A stretch of 32,639 nucleotides of DNA from Spirochaetia bacterium (lineage in GTDB: Bacteria > Spirochaetota > Spirochaetia > DSM-27196 > Salinispiraceae): assembly GCA_038204425.1 (NCBI GenBank), contig JBBRCZ010000020.1, positions 1-32,639 on the forward strand. The letters are read 5' to 3'. Of this stretch, positions 8,183 to 16,953 are shown piece by piece. A program made the translations under genes and the position numbers. The notes under the pieces are model-generated. The model did no database searches. It was not told the DNA's origin and saw only the letters and a program-made list of their open reading frames with translations. Every line of letters starts with the position of its first letter. The stretch's first letter is position 1.

Positions 8183-8976
8183 GGGTGCTTGTTTAGCAAA
8201 TAGTGCCTAAGTTGGTCAGATGCAAGATCGTCACAGACAAGATCCGGTTTGTAGGCCCATTGTTTGAGCTCGTCTTTTTTGGTGACGCCAGTCAAAACCA
8301 AGCAAGTGTGCATGGCAGCAGCCATGCCGGCTGCTATGTCAGTGTCCATTCGGTCGCCGATCATCAAGGCTTGCTCGCTGTGCACCTGGATGCCTCGTGT
8401 TGCAAGACTTAGCATGAGAGGATTAGGTTTACCTACGATATAAGGTTTTTTTCCGCTGCCAGTTGCTATGGCGGCCAACAAAGCACCGCAGGCCGGTTGG
8501 CTGCCAAATTCGGTAGGGTCGGCTTGGTCGGGGTTGGTGCCAATAAAGCGAGCTCCCTTGCTAATTAGCTCGGCAGCCTTGGCCAATTGTTTAAAGTCAA
8601 AGTCATGGCTCATGCCCACCACCACATAGTCCGCTTGCTGAGCAGCCATATCCAAGATCTGCATGCCAGCATCGCGCAACGCACTGCGTAACCCATCACC
8701 ACCCAAGACCCAAACAGCAGCATGGGGACTCTGGCGTTTGATAAACTGCGCCGTCGCCAGAGCAGCCGTCATAAAGTTGCTCGCATCAATCCCGTCGATG
8801 CCCATGGAATTTAACTTCTTGCACAAGTCCTGTGGACTGCGTTCGCTTATGTTGCTTATAAATACAAGTTTGATGGCCAGGGCTTGCAAAAATCTAACGA
8901 ACTCTTTGGCGCCATCGATCAGTTTTGAGCCACGGTAAATAACTCCGTCCATATCACACAAAACGGCTTTAATCAT
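8176..8976 (-). CDS. nagD: HAD-IIA family hydrolase (NagD-like)
   Basis: Motifs CDMDGVIY, SN, TNPD, GKPN and IGDRMDTDI. ATG 8976 overlaps the alr stop (ATGA). Confidence 0.88.
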   Translation of the reverse strand: MIKAVLCDMDGVIYRGSKLIDGAKEFVRFLQALAIKLVFISNISERSPQDLCKKLNSMGIDGIDASNFMTAALATAQFIKRQSPHAAVWVLGGDGLRSALRDAGMQILDMAAQQADYVVVGMSHDFDFKQLAKAAELISKGARFIGTNPDQADPTEFGSQPACGALLAAIATGSGKKPYIVGKPNPLMLSLATRGIQVHSEQALMIGDRMDTDIAAGMAAAMHTCLVLTGVTKKDELKQWAYKPDLVCDDLASDQLRHYLLNKHPQ

Positions 8977-10115
8977 GACAAGTAGGTCCTCGTTAGTCGG
9001 GATGGAATCCCGCAACATATCTCATAGGGTATAGTTTGGGCAATCTCCGCCAAGTCGCCCGCATCCTGGGCGGAAGGGCTAGGTCCAAAAACTACCAGCT
9101 CTTGCCAACGATCTGCTGGGCAAGCAATTGGACGACCTTGGTCGTCGCGCGATGGACCCAAATCCAGCATACATTGATCCATACAGATAGTCCCAATCTG
9201 CTGCCAATGGTGACTGCCGTCCAAATTGCTAAAGCAAATTTTGCCACTGGCGAGTCGAACGAGTCCATCTGCATAGCCGCAAGCGACCGTAGCAATCCAG
9301 CGCCAAGACTGGGTGGTATGTCGCAGTCCGTAAGAAACGCCTGTCTGGGGAGCAAGTTCTTTAATAAAGCTTATGTTACTTTTTAAACTCATGATTGGTT
9401 TGAGGCCCAATCTATCGCCTTTTTTTCCCATTGGATGATAACCATAAGCAGCTATACCGATTCTAAGCATGTCAAAGCGCGCATTTGGAAAATTGATGGC
9501 GGCCGCCGAATTACTTGCGTGAACTTGACCAGGGTCGACCCCAGCTGCGCGTATCTTGGCAACTGTATCACAAAAAAGTGCCACTTGCTTGTCAGAAAAG
9601 CTTCTGTCCTCCGCGTCGGCGACCGGGAAGTGTGTACAAGTACCCATTAATTTGAGACTCTTTTTTTCCTTAAAAATCTGCTTGGCCAATGATAGTGCTT
9701 GGTGGGGGGCGCAGCCAATACGCGCCATTCCTGTGTCAATTTTTAAGTGTACTTTTGCAACGGCACCAAGTTTTTTGGCAAGCTGGCTGGCATGCATAAC
9801 GTCATCTTGGTGGGCAACAAGAAACTCTATGTCGTGTCTAATAAGCACGTCGATTTCAGCAGGACTAGAAAGTCCAAAATAAATGATACGTCCTTGGTCT
9901 TGGCTGTCCCGCAGCTCAAGTGCTTCTTGTGGACTTGCTACACCCAAGGCCTCTATACCGAGCGAACGAGCGTAAGCGGCAATAGCCGCAGAGCCGTGAC
10001 CATAGGCGTTGGCCTTTACTGCCAAACAAATTGTTGTACTTTGACTCAAAGAACCCATTAGTTCTAGATTATGACGCAAGGCTCTAAGATCGATAATTAC
10101 CGAACTGTTTCGCAT
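8973..10115 (-). CDS. alr: Alanine racemase
   Basis: Motifs AVKANAYGHG (PLP Lys), KIDTGMARIG, GVSYG (catalytic Tyr), GYADG, ICMDQ and TIPYE. Confidence 0.97.
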   Translation of the reverse strand: MRNSSVIIDLRALRHNLELMGSLSQSTTICLAVKANAYGHGSAAIAAYARSLGIEALGVASPQEALELRDSQDQGRIIYFGLSSPAEIDVLIRHDIEFLVAHQDDVMHASQLAKKLGAVAKVHLKIDTGMARIGCAPHQALSLAKQIFKEKKSLKLMGTCTHFPVADAEDRSFSDKQVALFCDTVAKIRAAGVDPGQVHASNSAAAINFPNARFDMLRIGIAAYGYHPMGKKGDRLGLKPIMSLKSNISFIKELAPQTGVSYGLRHTTQSWRWIATVACGYADGLVRLASGKICFSNLDGSHHWQQIGTICMDQCMLDLGPSRDDQGRPIACPADRWQELVVFGPSPSAQDAGDLAEIAQTIPYEICCGIPSRLTRTYLS

Positions 10116-10121
10116 GCATCA

Positions 10122-10151
10122 ATCCTATCAGCTCAGAGACCTGTACCTCAA
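10122..10151 (-). promoter_or_regulatory. Probable leaderless promoter of alr-nagD
   Basis: TTGAGG-18-TAGGAT with a TG extension, 6 nt before ATG 10115; no SD. Confidence 0.5.
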
Positions 10152-10170
10152 TGCTTTTTGTCAAAAATGC

Positions 10171-10199
10171 TTGGAGCTTTTCAAGGTTTATGTTATAAT
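10171..10199 (+). promoter_or_regulatory. Probable leaderless promoter of the envelope cluster
   Basis: TTGGAG-17-TATAAT with a TG extension, 6 nt before GTG 10206; no SD. Confidence 0.7.
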
Positions 10200-10205
10200 T
10201 AAGCT

Positions 10206-12149
10206 GTGAAGTTGTACCCGGTTCTTACCACGGTCCTAATTGCCTTTCTCGCACTTAATGCCTGTACGGATACTGGTACCTTTTTGCCCAATCTTTCTTC
10301 CTTAGAAAACGATCAAGCACAACGTTTTAGATTGCCTCAAGATGGCGCCGTGCTAGATTACAGCAGATCGTTCCCTTTGGTGATTAACGACTTAGCCGGC
10401 TCGGTTCCGATCTCACTTAGCTTTTCCTTGCTTACAGGCGCAAGCGGGGAAGAACAACTGAAGAGCATAAGCTACCCAGAGACTGGTGCTGCTTTACAAA
10501 TAAATTTGCCAGCCTTGACTGATGGTAGATACCGTTATCGAATAGTTCTTCAAGAACAAAACAGCGAGAAGACGGTTGTTGAGCGCAGTTTTCTGATTTT
10601 GGCAAACCCCCCCAAGATAAATTCAATTGCCAGCTATCCCTCAATTCCAACTGCCAATGTTGATATTCTGCTACAAGCGAGAGTAGAGCGCACCGACGCT
10701 CTCAGCTATTTTGCACGCTGGAAGCTTGGTGGCAAGGTTGTCAAAGAAGGTCCACTTGCATCGTTTCTTGCTGGACTAATGCTGCGAGCTCCTGATAGAA
10801 GTGGGATCCACGCTGCCAGCCTGGAGCTCTATCCGATTTTTGATGAGCAGACAACGTTTGACTATCCAGCGCCAGTTAATCATTCTTTTGATATCGTTGT
10901 TGCTGATAAAGCCTTGGCAGAATCCGGAGATCTTGGCCCAGCCAACAGTTTCTCGGTCAATCTGCACTTTAAGGGTCACTTTTTTGCGGAGCATGAAACA
11001 CAAAACGGTTCTGATTCTGACCGCATTAGTGGTGAGCGAGTTTTGCTCGCGGATAAGTCGAATTATGGTTATCGTCTCGGCCAAGGCAGCATTGCCGTGC
11101 TTCCATTTGCTCTCTTAGCAAACTACTCAAGCGATTCATTTAACCAAGTCCTTGTGACAAAGATAAAGATTTTACAAGCCAGCAAGGGTAGCCTTTTAGT
11201 TTCGCACCAGGCAGATGGTGGACAAAGTTTTGCACTTTCACTTGACGAGCAAAGCCGCTTAGTTGCCGAGTGGACAGTTGCAAATAAAGTATTAAAGGCC
11301 CGTTCAGAAAGCCCAATTGGCGTCAATACCTGGCAAACTATTCGCATTGCGCTAGTTTCCGTGCAAGGAAGGCGTAGTCTATTGGGCTTTTTTGAAGACC
11401 AAAGCCTCGAGGCTAGTTCTCAAGATTCCCAAGAGTTTCTGGCAAATAGACAGGAATTGGTGGACGCGCAAGGTTCAGAGTCACAAGGACAAACTCGATT
11501 GGGATCAATAGAAAAACCAATCTTTCTAATAGACGAGTTAGGCGTTTTTAATCCCGCTTTAGCCGAGGGCAAGAAGCTCTCTAAGTCAGCGTTTCAGACC
11601 TTGATGATGTATGAGTTTGGTTCCAGCCTATTGTTTGCCGAAGATTTTTCAGAAGGTCAGTTGCCAAGGAATTTTGACGCAGAAGGTGAGATTAGTATCC
11701 AAAACGGCCACGCTCAATTGAGTCGAGGTGCCAGTTTGGGCTTGCCAAGCTTGGATAGCCAGCGTGGGGGGATAGAATTGAGGTTCGCTTTTAAGAAAGC
11801 GCCAGAAAAATTAGCTCGTCGCCTAAAGTTGGACCTTGATGGTCTCGGCCAAGAGCCGATATTCGTTTTGTCAGACGGGCGCCTTGTGCAAGGTAACACT
11901 GCTGCAAGCAGCTCAGATGTCAAGGCCTTGCTGTCGATTGCATTGAGAATTGAAAGACAAGGAAACACCTTAGAGATTAGCACAAGCATTGACACCGGCA
12001 GCCATAATCTTGCAATTAACACGGTCAGCCATAGTCTGACAATTACCATGGCCAAAGATTCAAAACTCAACTTAAAAATTCTTTCTGATGATGGACCAGT
12101 AGAAGTAGACAAAGTAAGTTCTTGGCTCTTGCCTGACCAAGTCTTGTAG
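10206..12149 (+). CDS. Large beta-rich lipoprotein, probable Ig-like and LamG/ConA-like domains
   Basis: Signal MKLYPVLTTVLIAFLALNA-C. The segment FALSLDEQSRLVAEW...VNTWQTIRIAL...FLIDELGVFNPAL resembles a LamG jelly-roll. Confidence 0.6.
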   Translation: MKLYPVLTTVLIAFLALNACTDTGTFLPNLSSLENDQAQRFRLPQDGAVLDYSRSFPLVINDLAGSVPISLSFSLLTGASGEEQLKSISYPETGAALQINLPALTDGRYRYRIVLQEQNSEKTVVERSFLILANPPKINSIASYPSIPTANVDILLQARVERTDALSYFARWKLGGKVVKEGPLASFLAGLMLRAPDRSGIHAASLELYPIFDEQTTFDYPAPVNHSFDIVVADKALAESGDLGPANSFSVNLHFKGHFFAEHETQNGSDSDRISGERVLLADKSNYGYRLGQGSIAVLPFALLANYSSDSFNQVLVTKIKILQASKGSLLVSHQADGGQSFALSLDEQSRLVAEWTVANKVLKARSESPIGVNTWQTIRIALVSVQGRRSLLGFFEDQSLEASSQDSQEFLANRQELVDAQGSESQGQTRLGSIEKPIFLIDELGVFNPALAEGKKLSKSAFQTLMMYEFGSSLLFAEDFSEGQLPRNFDAEGEISIQNGHAQLSRGASLGLPSLDSQRGGIELRFAFKKAPEKLARRLKLDLDGLGQEPIFVLSDGRLVQGNTAASSSDVKALLSIALRIERQGNTLEISTSIDTGSHNLAINTVSHSLTITMAKDSKLNLKILSDDGPVEVDKVSSWLLPDQVL

Positions 12150-12176
12150 CCCTTATACCGTAACTTGGAGTTTTTA

Positions 12177-13553
12177 GTGCCTCGAGCTTTCATTTCTTTG
12201 TCATTGATGTCTTTAGTAGCGTGTTTACTTCTTGGACATCCACTTGCCGCCCAAGAGCTCGTTGCAACTAAGTCGGTTGAACTTCTGCCAGTTGATAGCG
12301 TTAAGCTGGTCTCGCCACCAGACTATGTGGAAGAAGCAAAAAAAAATATGCTTGCTCAGCTAAGCAAGGCTCTTCAAACCCCAGACCGTTATAAACTTAT
12401 TCAGCCTAGTGATCAGATTGGCACCAATGGAGCCGGCCCAGTTGCGGCTGCTGGTTCACTAGACCCTGGACTGCCAAAAATTGAAGCTCAAACAGTGTCA
12501 GACTATAGCATCCTGCTTCGGCTAACAAAGTTAGAACAAAACTTGGTCAATGAACAAACGATCTTACATGCCGTAATCGAGATAGAGCTAAGCTCAACCA
12601 CCAGTGTCAGGTTAAATGTCCCGCAAAACGTCACGCAAAACCAAAGCTTAATATTGCGAAGCCAACAAAGCTTTGACCAAGTGATCCAAGGGACGCCGGT
12701 AGCTGCTTTTCTAGAGGGATTCGCAACTATTGTTCCGGCCCTAAGGCAAGATCTGTCACGCTTTGCCTTGTTCTTTCGCTTTGCAGAAATTGCCAACCTG
12801 CGGGCTAACGAAACCATTCTGGATGTCGGTCAATATGCTGATGTGCAAGTTGGCGACCAGTTTGATGTATTTGATGCCAATAGCCTTAGCAATCAACTCG
12901 CCAGCCAAAAAAAGGCTCGCGTCGCTGTGGTGGCGGTGCGCAATAGTTTTGCTGTGGTCCACATATTGTCATTAAACCGAGCACTTGCCGCTGGTGATCA
13001 GGCTGTGCGTGTGGATGTGTTTGGACTAGAAATTGGTCTCGCCAACACCTACTACCTGCAACAGAATGCTCCGGGAGGAGCAAAGATCACCGAGGATCGT
13101 ACCTACACAAACACGGATGGCACAAGCCGCACCTTGCTTGCTTCGCAAAGAACTGTCCCTTTTGATCTCGCCGTGCACATCTCGCTCAACAAGTGGGTTT
13201 ACTATGTCCGTCCTTATCTACAAATTGGACTTATACTAAACACCGACTGGTATTTTGAAGACCTCGATCCTGCTTACCAAGTGTACTTTGCTGCGCTTGG
13301 CCTTGAATATAGACTCAATCTCGGTATCTTTAACATTAGTCCGCGCGTTGACCTGGCTTTGGTCACCATTGACCCAGCCGCCGATCAGCTCTTGTTTGTA
13401 GCCGGCGGAATTGTAAGGTCAAAAATAAATGTCTCCGTCCTAATGTTTGAGGCTTTTAGATTTTGGCTAGAAGCAGGCTACCAAATAGGCTTTGGGGAGC
13501 ACTTCCAAGGATTCATCAGCAACTCACTTGGATTTGGACTGAGTTTGCAATGA
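12177..13553 (+). CDS. Exported protein with CsgG/TolB_N-like N-domain, FlgT_C-like domain and probable C-terminal beta-barrel
   Basis: GGAG SD 6 nt before GTG 12177; signal peptide ending PLAA. LDVGQYADVQVGDQFDVF...ARVAVVAV is FlgT C-terminal-like. Amphipathic strands end GFGLSLQ. Confidence 0.55.
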   Translation: MPRAFISLSLMSLVACLLLGHPLAAQELVATKSVELLPVDSVKLVSPPDYVEEAKKNMLAQLSKALQTPDRYKLIQPSDQIGTNGAGPVAAAGSLDPGLPKIEAQTVSDYSILLRLTKLEQNLVNEQTILHAVIEIELSSTTSVRLNVPQNVTQNQSLILRSQQSFDQVIQGTPVAAFLEGFATIVPALRQDLSRFALFFRFAEIANLRANETILDVGQYADVQVGDQFDVFDANSLSNQLASQKKARVAVVAVRNSFAVVHILSLNRALAAGDQAVRVDVFGLEIGLANTYYLQQNAPGGAKITEDRTYTNTDGTSRTLLASQRTVPFDLAVHISLNKWVYYVRPYLQIGLILNTDWYFEDLDPAYQVYFAALGLEYRLNLGIFNISPRVDLALVTIDPAADQLLFVAGGIVRSKINVSVLMFEAFRFWLEAGYQIGFGEHFQGFISNSLGFGLSLQ

Positions 13554-14089
13554 AGTACTGCAAGTGGGGACTTTCTGTCATGTGTCTTGTGGTTTTTGTT
13601 AGCCTGTGGTCGTGCCAAACTAAAGTGCCTCTGGAACAAAATGATTCTGTGTCAAAAATCGAAGCGATCAAAACAGAGACGCTTGCTGAGCTCTTCCAAA
13701 TGCCCAAGAAAGTCGTCCTTTATTTGATAGAGACCGCGGCTCATGAAGCTGAGCTTCTTGTTTTTTTAGAGCCCTATTTTGCAAAGGCTCGTGAAGAATT
13801 ACTAAAAAAAACCAGCCTAATCGTTTTGGCTCAAGAAAGTCTTGATAATAGTGCTGCTATTATTGAGGCCACCATCAGCATTGTTCGTAGCAAAAGTTCA
13901 AAAAATTTTTACTCGCAAGCATCTTTGACCTTGTCCGGTTCGTTTATTGATCAAATAAAGCTTGATCTATCAGCCACAGTTGGACCAAATGTCTTAAGCA
14001 CTGTTTCTAGTGATGACGCAGATTTTAGAGCAATACTTCAGGCATATCAAAAACTCCTGGCTTGGCTTGCGGCACTAGCAAATAAATAG
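13550..14089 (+). CDS. Small lipoprotein of unknown function
   Basis: ATGA overlap with the upstream stop; MKYCKWGLSVMCLVVFVSLWS-C lipoprotein signal. Confidence 0.7.
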   Translation: MKYCKWGLSVMCLVVFVSLWSCQTKVPLEQNDSVSKIEAIKTETLAELFQMPKKVVLYLIETAAHEAELLVFLEPYFAKAREELLKKTSLIVLAQESLDNSAAIIEATISIVRSKSSKNFYSQASLTLSGSFIDQIKLDLSATVGPNVLSTVSSDDADFRAILQAYQKLLAWLAALANK

Positions 14090-14099
14090 TCAACTTTGC

Positions 14100-14128
14100 T
14101 TGACAGTCTCATATGCTTGCATAACACT
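14100..14128 (+). promoter_or_regulatory. Probable internal promoter for the Lpp20-like lipoprotein
   Basis: TTGACA-17-AACACT, followed by a ~90-nt leader and a GGGGGA SD. Confidence 0.45.
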
Positions 14129-14224
14129 ATTGAATGAGCCTGTGTTTCAGGCGGATGGAAGACTCTTGACCCGTGGGCTCAAAAAATCTTCCGAGATCTC
14201 GCTTTCCTAACTTTGGGGGAATAT

Positions 14225-14881
14225 ATGAAGAAAGTACTTGGACTTATCGGCCTTGTAGCTATTGCACTAACTTTGGTTGTTTCTTGTGGTACGCCAACAT
14301 CAACTGGAACTACAGTCGCTGGTGCTGCTATCGTCAACGTTCCGGCTTATAGAATCGTTTCGAATCAGAATTCAGATTTTGGTGGTTCAGTACCTTCTTG
14401 GGTAACTGCCAGCATAACGAGTCTAGAGAGTGCTCCTGAATACAAGGACTTTTATGTATTCAAGTTTGAAGGCACTGGTGGCAATCTGGAAGGTACTAAG
14501 TTAAAGGTTACCAACCTCAATGCAGCCGGAGAAATTGCTAGATTTATCTCATTGCGTGTACAAGCATTGTTTGCAGGCGCTCAAGTTGGTGACGAGAACA
14601 AGCTCGAAACTTACATGGAAAACGTTGTTAAGACACTCGCTCAGACCACCATCAGTGGCTTCCGTAAAATTGACGACTTTTGGATCCAACGAGAATTTAC
14701 TAAAGATGGCCGTACTGAGTACGTCTACCGGGTTCTCTATACCATCGAAAAAAACACTGTAAAAAAACTGCTTGGTCAAGCCGCAGAAGCTCAACCAGAT
14801 TCTCCAGAAAAGCAAACCGCCAAGTCTCGCGTAATGCAGATCATGGAAGGTGGCTTGCCAGCACTCGCCGGTCAAGAATAA
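14225..14881 (+). CDS. Lpp20/LipL21-like lipoprotein, probably abundant
   Basis: Signal MKKVLGLIGLVAIALTLVVS-C; pattern VPSWV...A.GEIARFI...ISGFRKIDDFW...YVYRVLY. Many GCT/GGT/GTT/ACT codons; own terminator. Confidence 0.65.
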   Translation: MKKVLGLIGLVAIALTLVVSCGTPTSTGTTVAGAAIVNVPAYRIVSNQNSDFGGSVPSWVTASITSLESAPEYKDFYVFKFEGTGGNLEGTKLKVTNLNAAGEIARFISLRVQALFAGAQVGDENKLETYMENVVKTLAQTTISGFRKIDDFWIQREFTKDGRTEYVYRVLYTIEKNTVKKLLGQAAEAQPDSPEKQTAKSRVMQIMEGGLPALAGQE

Positions 14882-14919
14882 TTCTAGACAATTGTTTGTA
14901 GGGATCCGCAAGGATACAA

Positions 14920-14950
14920 GCGCATCGCCACAAGCGATGCGTTTTTTTTT
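14920..14950 (+). terminator. Intrinsic terminator inside the envelope cluster
   Basis: GCGCATCGC-CACAA-GCGATGCGT followed by a T run (T9). Confidence 0.9.
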
Positions 14951-14966
14951 GTGAGGGAAGGAAACT

Positions 14967-15935
14967 ATGCGGAAAACATCCATATTTATTATCAGCTTTT
15001 TGTTATTGGTTTCGGGATTGTCAGCCCAAAGTGGCGTATTTAATAGTACTGGCAGTGCAAAGACCGAGTATGCTGCTTTGCAGGCTGCAATTCTTGGTTT
15101 GGTCAACCAAATTGAAGTTAGGGTTAAGTCTAGAACCGGTTCAGCTATTATTGTAGAAGGGCAAGACAGCCAAAGCAAATCAGATTTTGCTTCTATTTCT
15201 GACTTGCTGGTGGAATCCAACGTTGTCCTGATGGGCCTGAAGTATGATGTTCAGACACCAAGTAAAGAAGGGGGAAGCTTTGTGGTCAAGGCTCGCCTCG
15301 AGGCGGACTACAGTTTGCCTCTCTATCGCTTGCGCCTGGCTGACCTTGCGCGGCAGATAAAAGTCGGCAAAGACCTTGTCGATGCCAAGGGAAGCACCAA
15401 TAAAGAATTGTATGTTCGCGCGATGGCAAGACTTCTTGACGAGTACCAGCGCTACCGTTGGGTAGCAATTGCCTTGGGCGCTGACGACAAAGAGCTCGAG
15501 TCGGTGCCACTAAACGCCATTGAACTAGCTGCCCAACAGACATTTGCCTCTCAGACTATTGATACCATGGAAAAGGCCGCCTTGCGCCTAACGGAAGGTA
15601 TTGCGCTTTACAGTCGCAAGGCACGTGCCAAGGTTTATGTAGACTTTTCGCCAAGCCAAGGCAGCGATGTTAACCAAGCATTTGGCAATGCTCTAAGAAT
15701 GTACGTTGAATCAGTTTTGGTTAATCAAGGGGTGGCAGTGATGGAAAAGCCTGACAATGCCGTCCTGATTGTTTCGATTGACTTTGCAGCCGTGGTTTCG
15801 GCACGTGATCAGTCCTTGCAGCATCTGGAGGCTCAAGCCAGTTTGTATGAAAAGGCTGGCAGCAATGCCGGCTTGGTAAGAAAAAATAACGTCGTTAGGA
15901 TTCTGCCCCAAGCGGCAAGTTCTTACAGCTATTAA
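14967..15935 (+). CDS. Exported Lpp20-like domain protein (paralog A)
   Basis: Signal peptide ending LSA-Q; STGSAKTEYAALQAAILGLVNQIEVRVKS is an Lpp20-like start; helical middle, alpha/beta C-terminal domain. Confidence 0.6.
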   Translation: MRKTSIFIISFLLLVSGLSAQSGVFNSTGSAKTEYAALQAAILGLVNQIEVRVKSRTGSAIIVEGQDSQSKSDFASISDLLVESNVVLMGLKYDVQTPSKEGGSFVVKARLEADYSLPLYRLRLADLARQIKVGKDLVDAKGSTNKELYVRAMARLLDEYQRYRWVAIALGADDKELESVPLNAIELAAQQTFASQTIDTMEKAALRLTEGIALYSRKARAKVYVDFSPSQGSDVNQAFGNALRMYVESVLVNQGVAVMEKPDNAVLIVSIDFAAVVSARDQSLQHLEAQASLYEKAGSNAGLVRKNNVVRILPQAASSYSY

Positions 15936-15947
15936 CAGGAGAGAAGA

Positions 15948-16931
15948 ATGACAAGGAACGCGTGTGTGACATTGTTTCTTTTTGTTTTGGTCGCCAATCT
16001 GTCGGCACAGTCCGAGACAGCCCAAGGCTTTTGGACGGCACAAGGATATCACCATCAAAGAGAATCAGAGGCCCTAAAGCAAGCCACCGAAAAGCTTTTG
16101 TGGCAAATTGAACTAAGGGTTAGCAGTACTTCTGCTTTTTCGGCGATACTTGATGAGCAAGGAAACTTTATGGATTTTGACCCTTATTCGCAATCCAGAG
16201 AAGTTTTTGAAAGCCCTGTCCAGGTTCTCAACGCGACACAGTCAACTGCCCCACGGGCAACGATCAATAGCCCTTTTGCAATTACCTTAAATTATCGAGC
16301 CCCAACAAGTTTTGAAGCCTACAATCGTGGCCTAAACCAAGTGTCGGCTCTGCTCAAAGAAGCACTCAATCATCTAAAGACAGTTGTGTCCCTGGATGAA
16401 GCAGAACTAAGTCAAAAAGCCATCATCGCCTATTTAGAAGAATATCAAAAATACCGAAATATGGCTGTGTTACATGGTTTGACGGAAGACTACCTAGCCT
16501 CGGTACCTTTGCTCATAGCCGAATTGCAAGAAGACACCAAAAAGAATCAATACCTCTGCGATAGTTTAGAACGCATAAGCAGCAAGGTGATAGGCTTCCT
16601 TCGCAACGACTTTGAGCGCTCTGGTGCAAGTATCTTCATCGAAGCTGCTGTTTCACTTAAAGCAACGAAATCTACTTCTTTTTCTAACGAGCTAAAATTG
16701 GGGCTTGAGAGTGGTCTACGTCAGGCAAAGCTCAAGTTCGCTAGCTCCGCGCGCGCTGCCAGGTGGCTGCTGCGTTCTAACTACGTGGTGCTTAGAGACA
16801 ACTTAGGTAATTTGAACGGCATGGACTTGTATTTTTCGCTCGTACCCAACACAGGTCCAGAAAAGGGCATGGTCAAGCAACGCCTAATTTTTAAAGTTCT
16901 CAATCAGGTTTTTGATAAGTTTGATTACTAG
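15948..16931 (+). CDS. Exported Lpp20-like domain protein (paralog B)
   Basis: AGGAG SD; signal peptide ending LSA-Q; colinear similarity to paralog A (QIELRVSS, LEEYQKYR, LASVPL). Confidence 0.6.
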   Translation: MTRNACVTLFLFVLVANLSAQSETAQGFWTAQGYHHQRESEALKQATEKLLWQIELRVSSTSAFSAILDEQGNFMDFDPYSQSREVFESPVQVLNATQSTAPRATINSPFAITLNYRAPTSFEAYNRGLNQVSALLKEALNHLKTVVSLDEAELSQKAIIAYLEEYQKYRNMAVLHGLTEDYLASVPLLIAELQEDTKKNQYLCDSLERISSKVIGFLRNDFERSGASIFIEAAVSLKATKSTSFSNELKLGLESGLRQAKLKFASSARAARWLLRSNYVVLRDNLGNLNGMDLYFSLVPNTGPEKGMVKQRLIFKVLNQVFDKFDY

Positions 16932-16953
16932 TTTTATTTTGGAGGACTTGGTC

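Noticed and set aside
14549..15220. 223-aa antisense ORF
   Set aside because: Spans two sense genes and a terminator; no family features.
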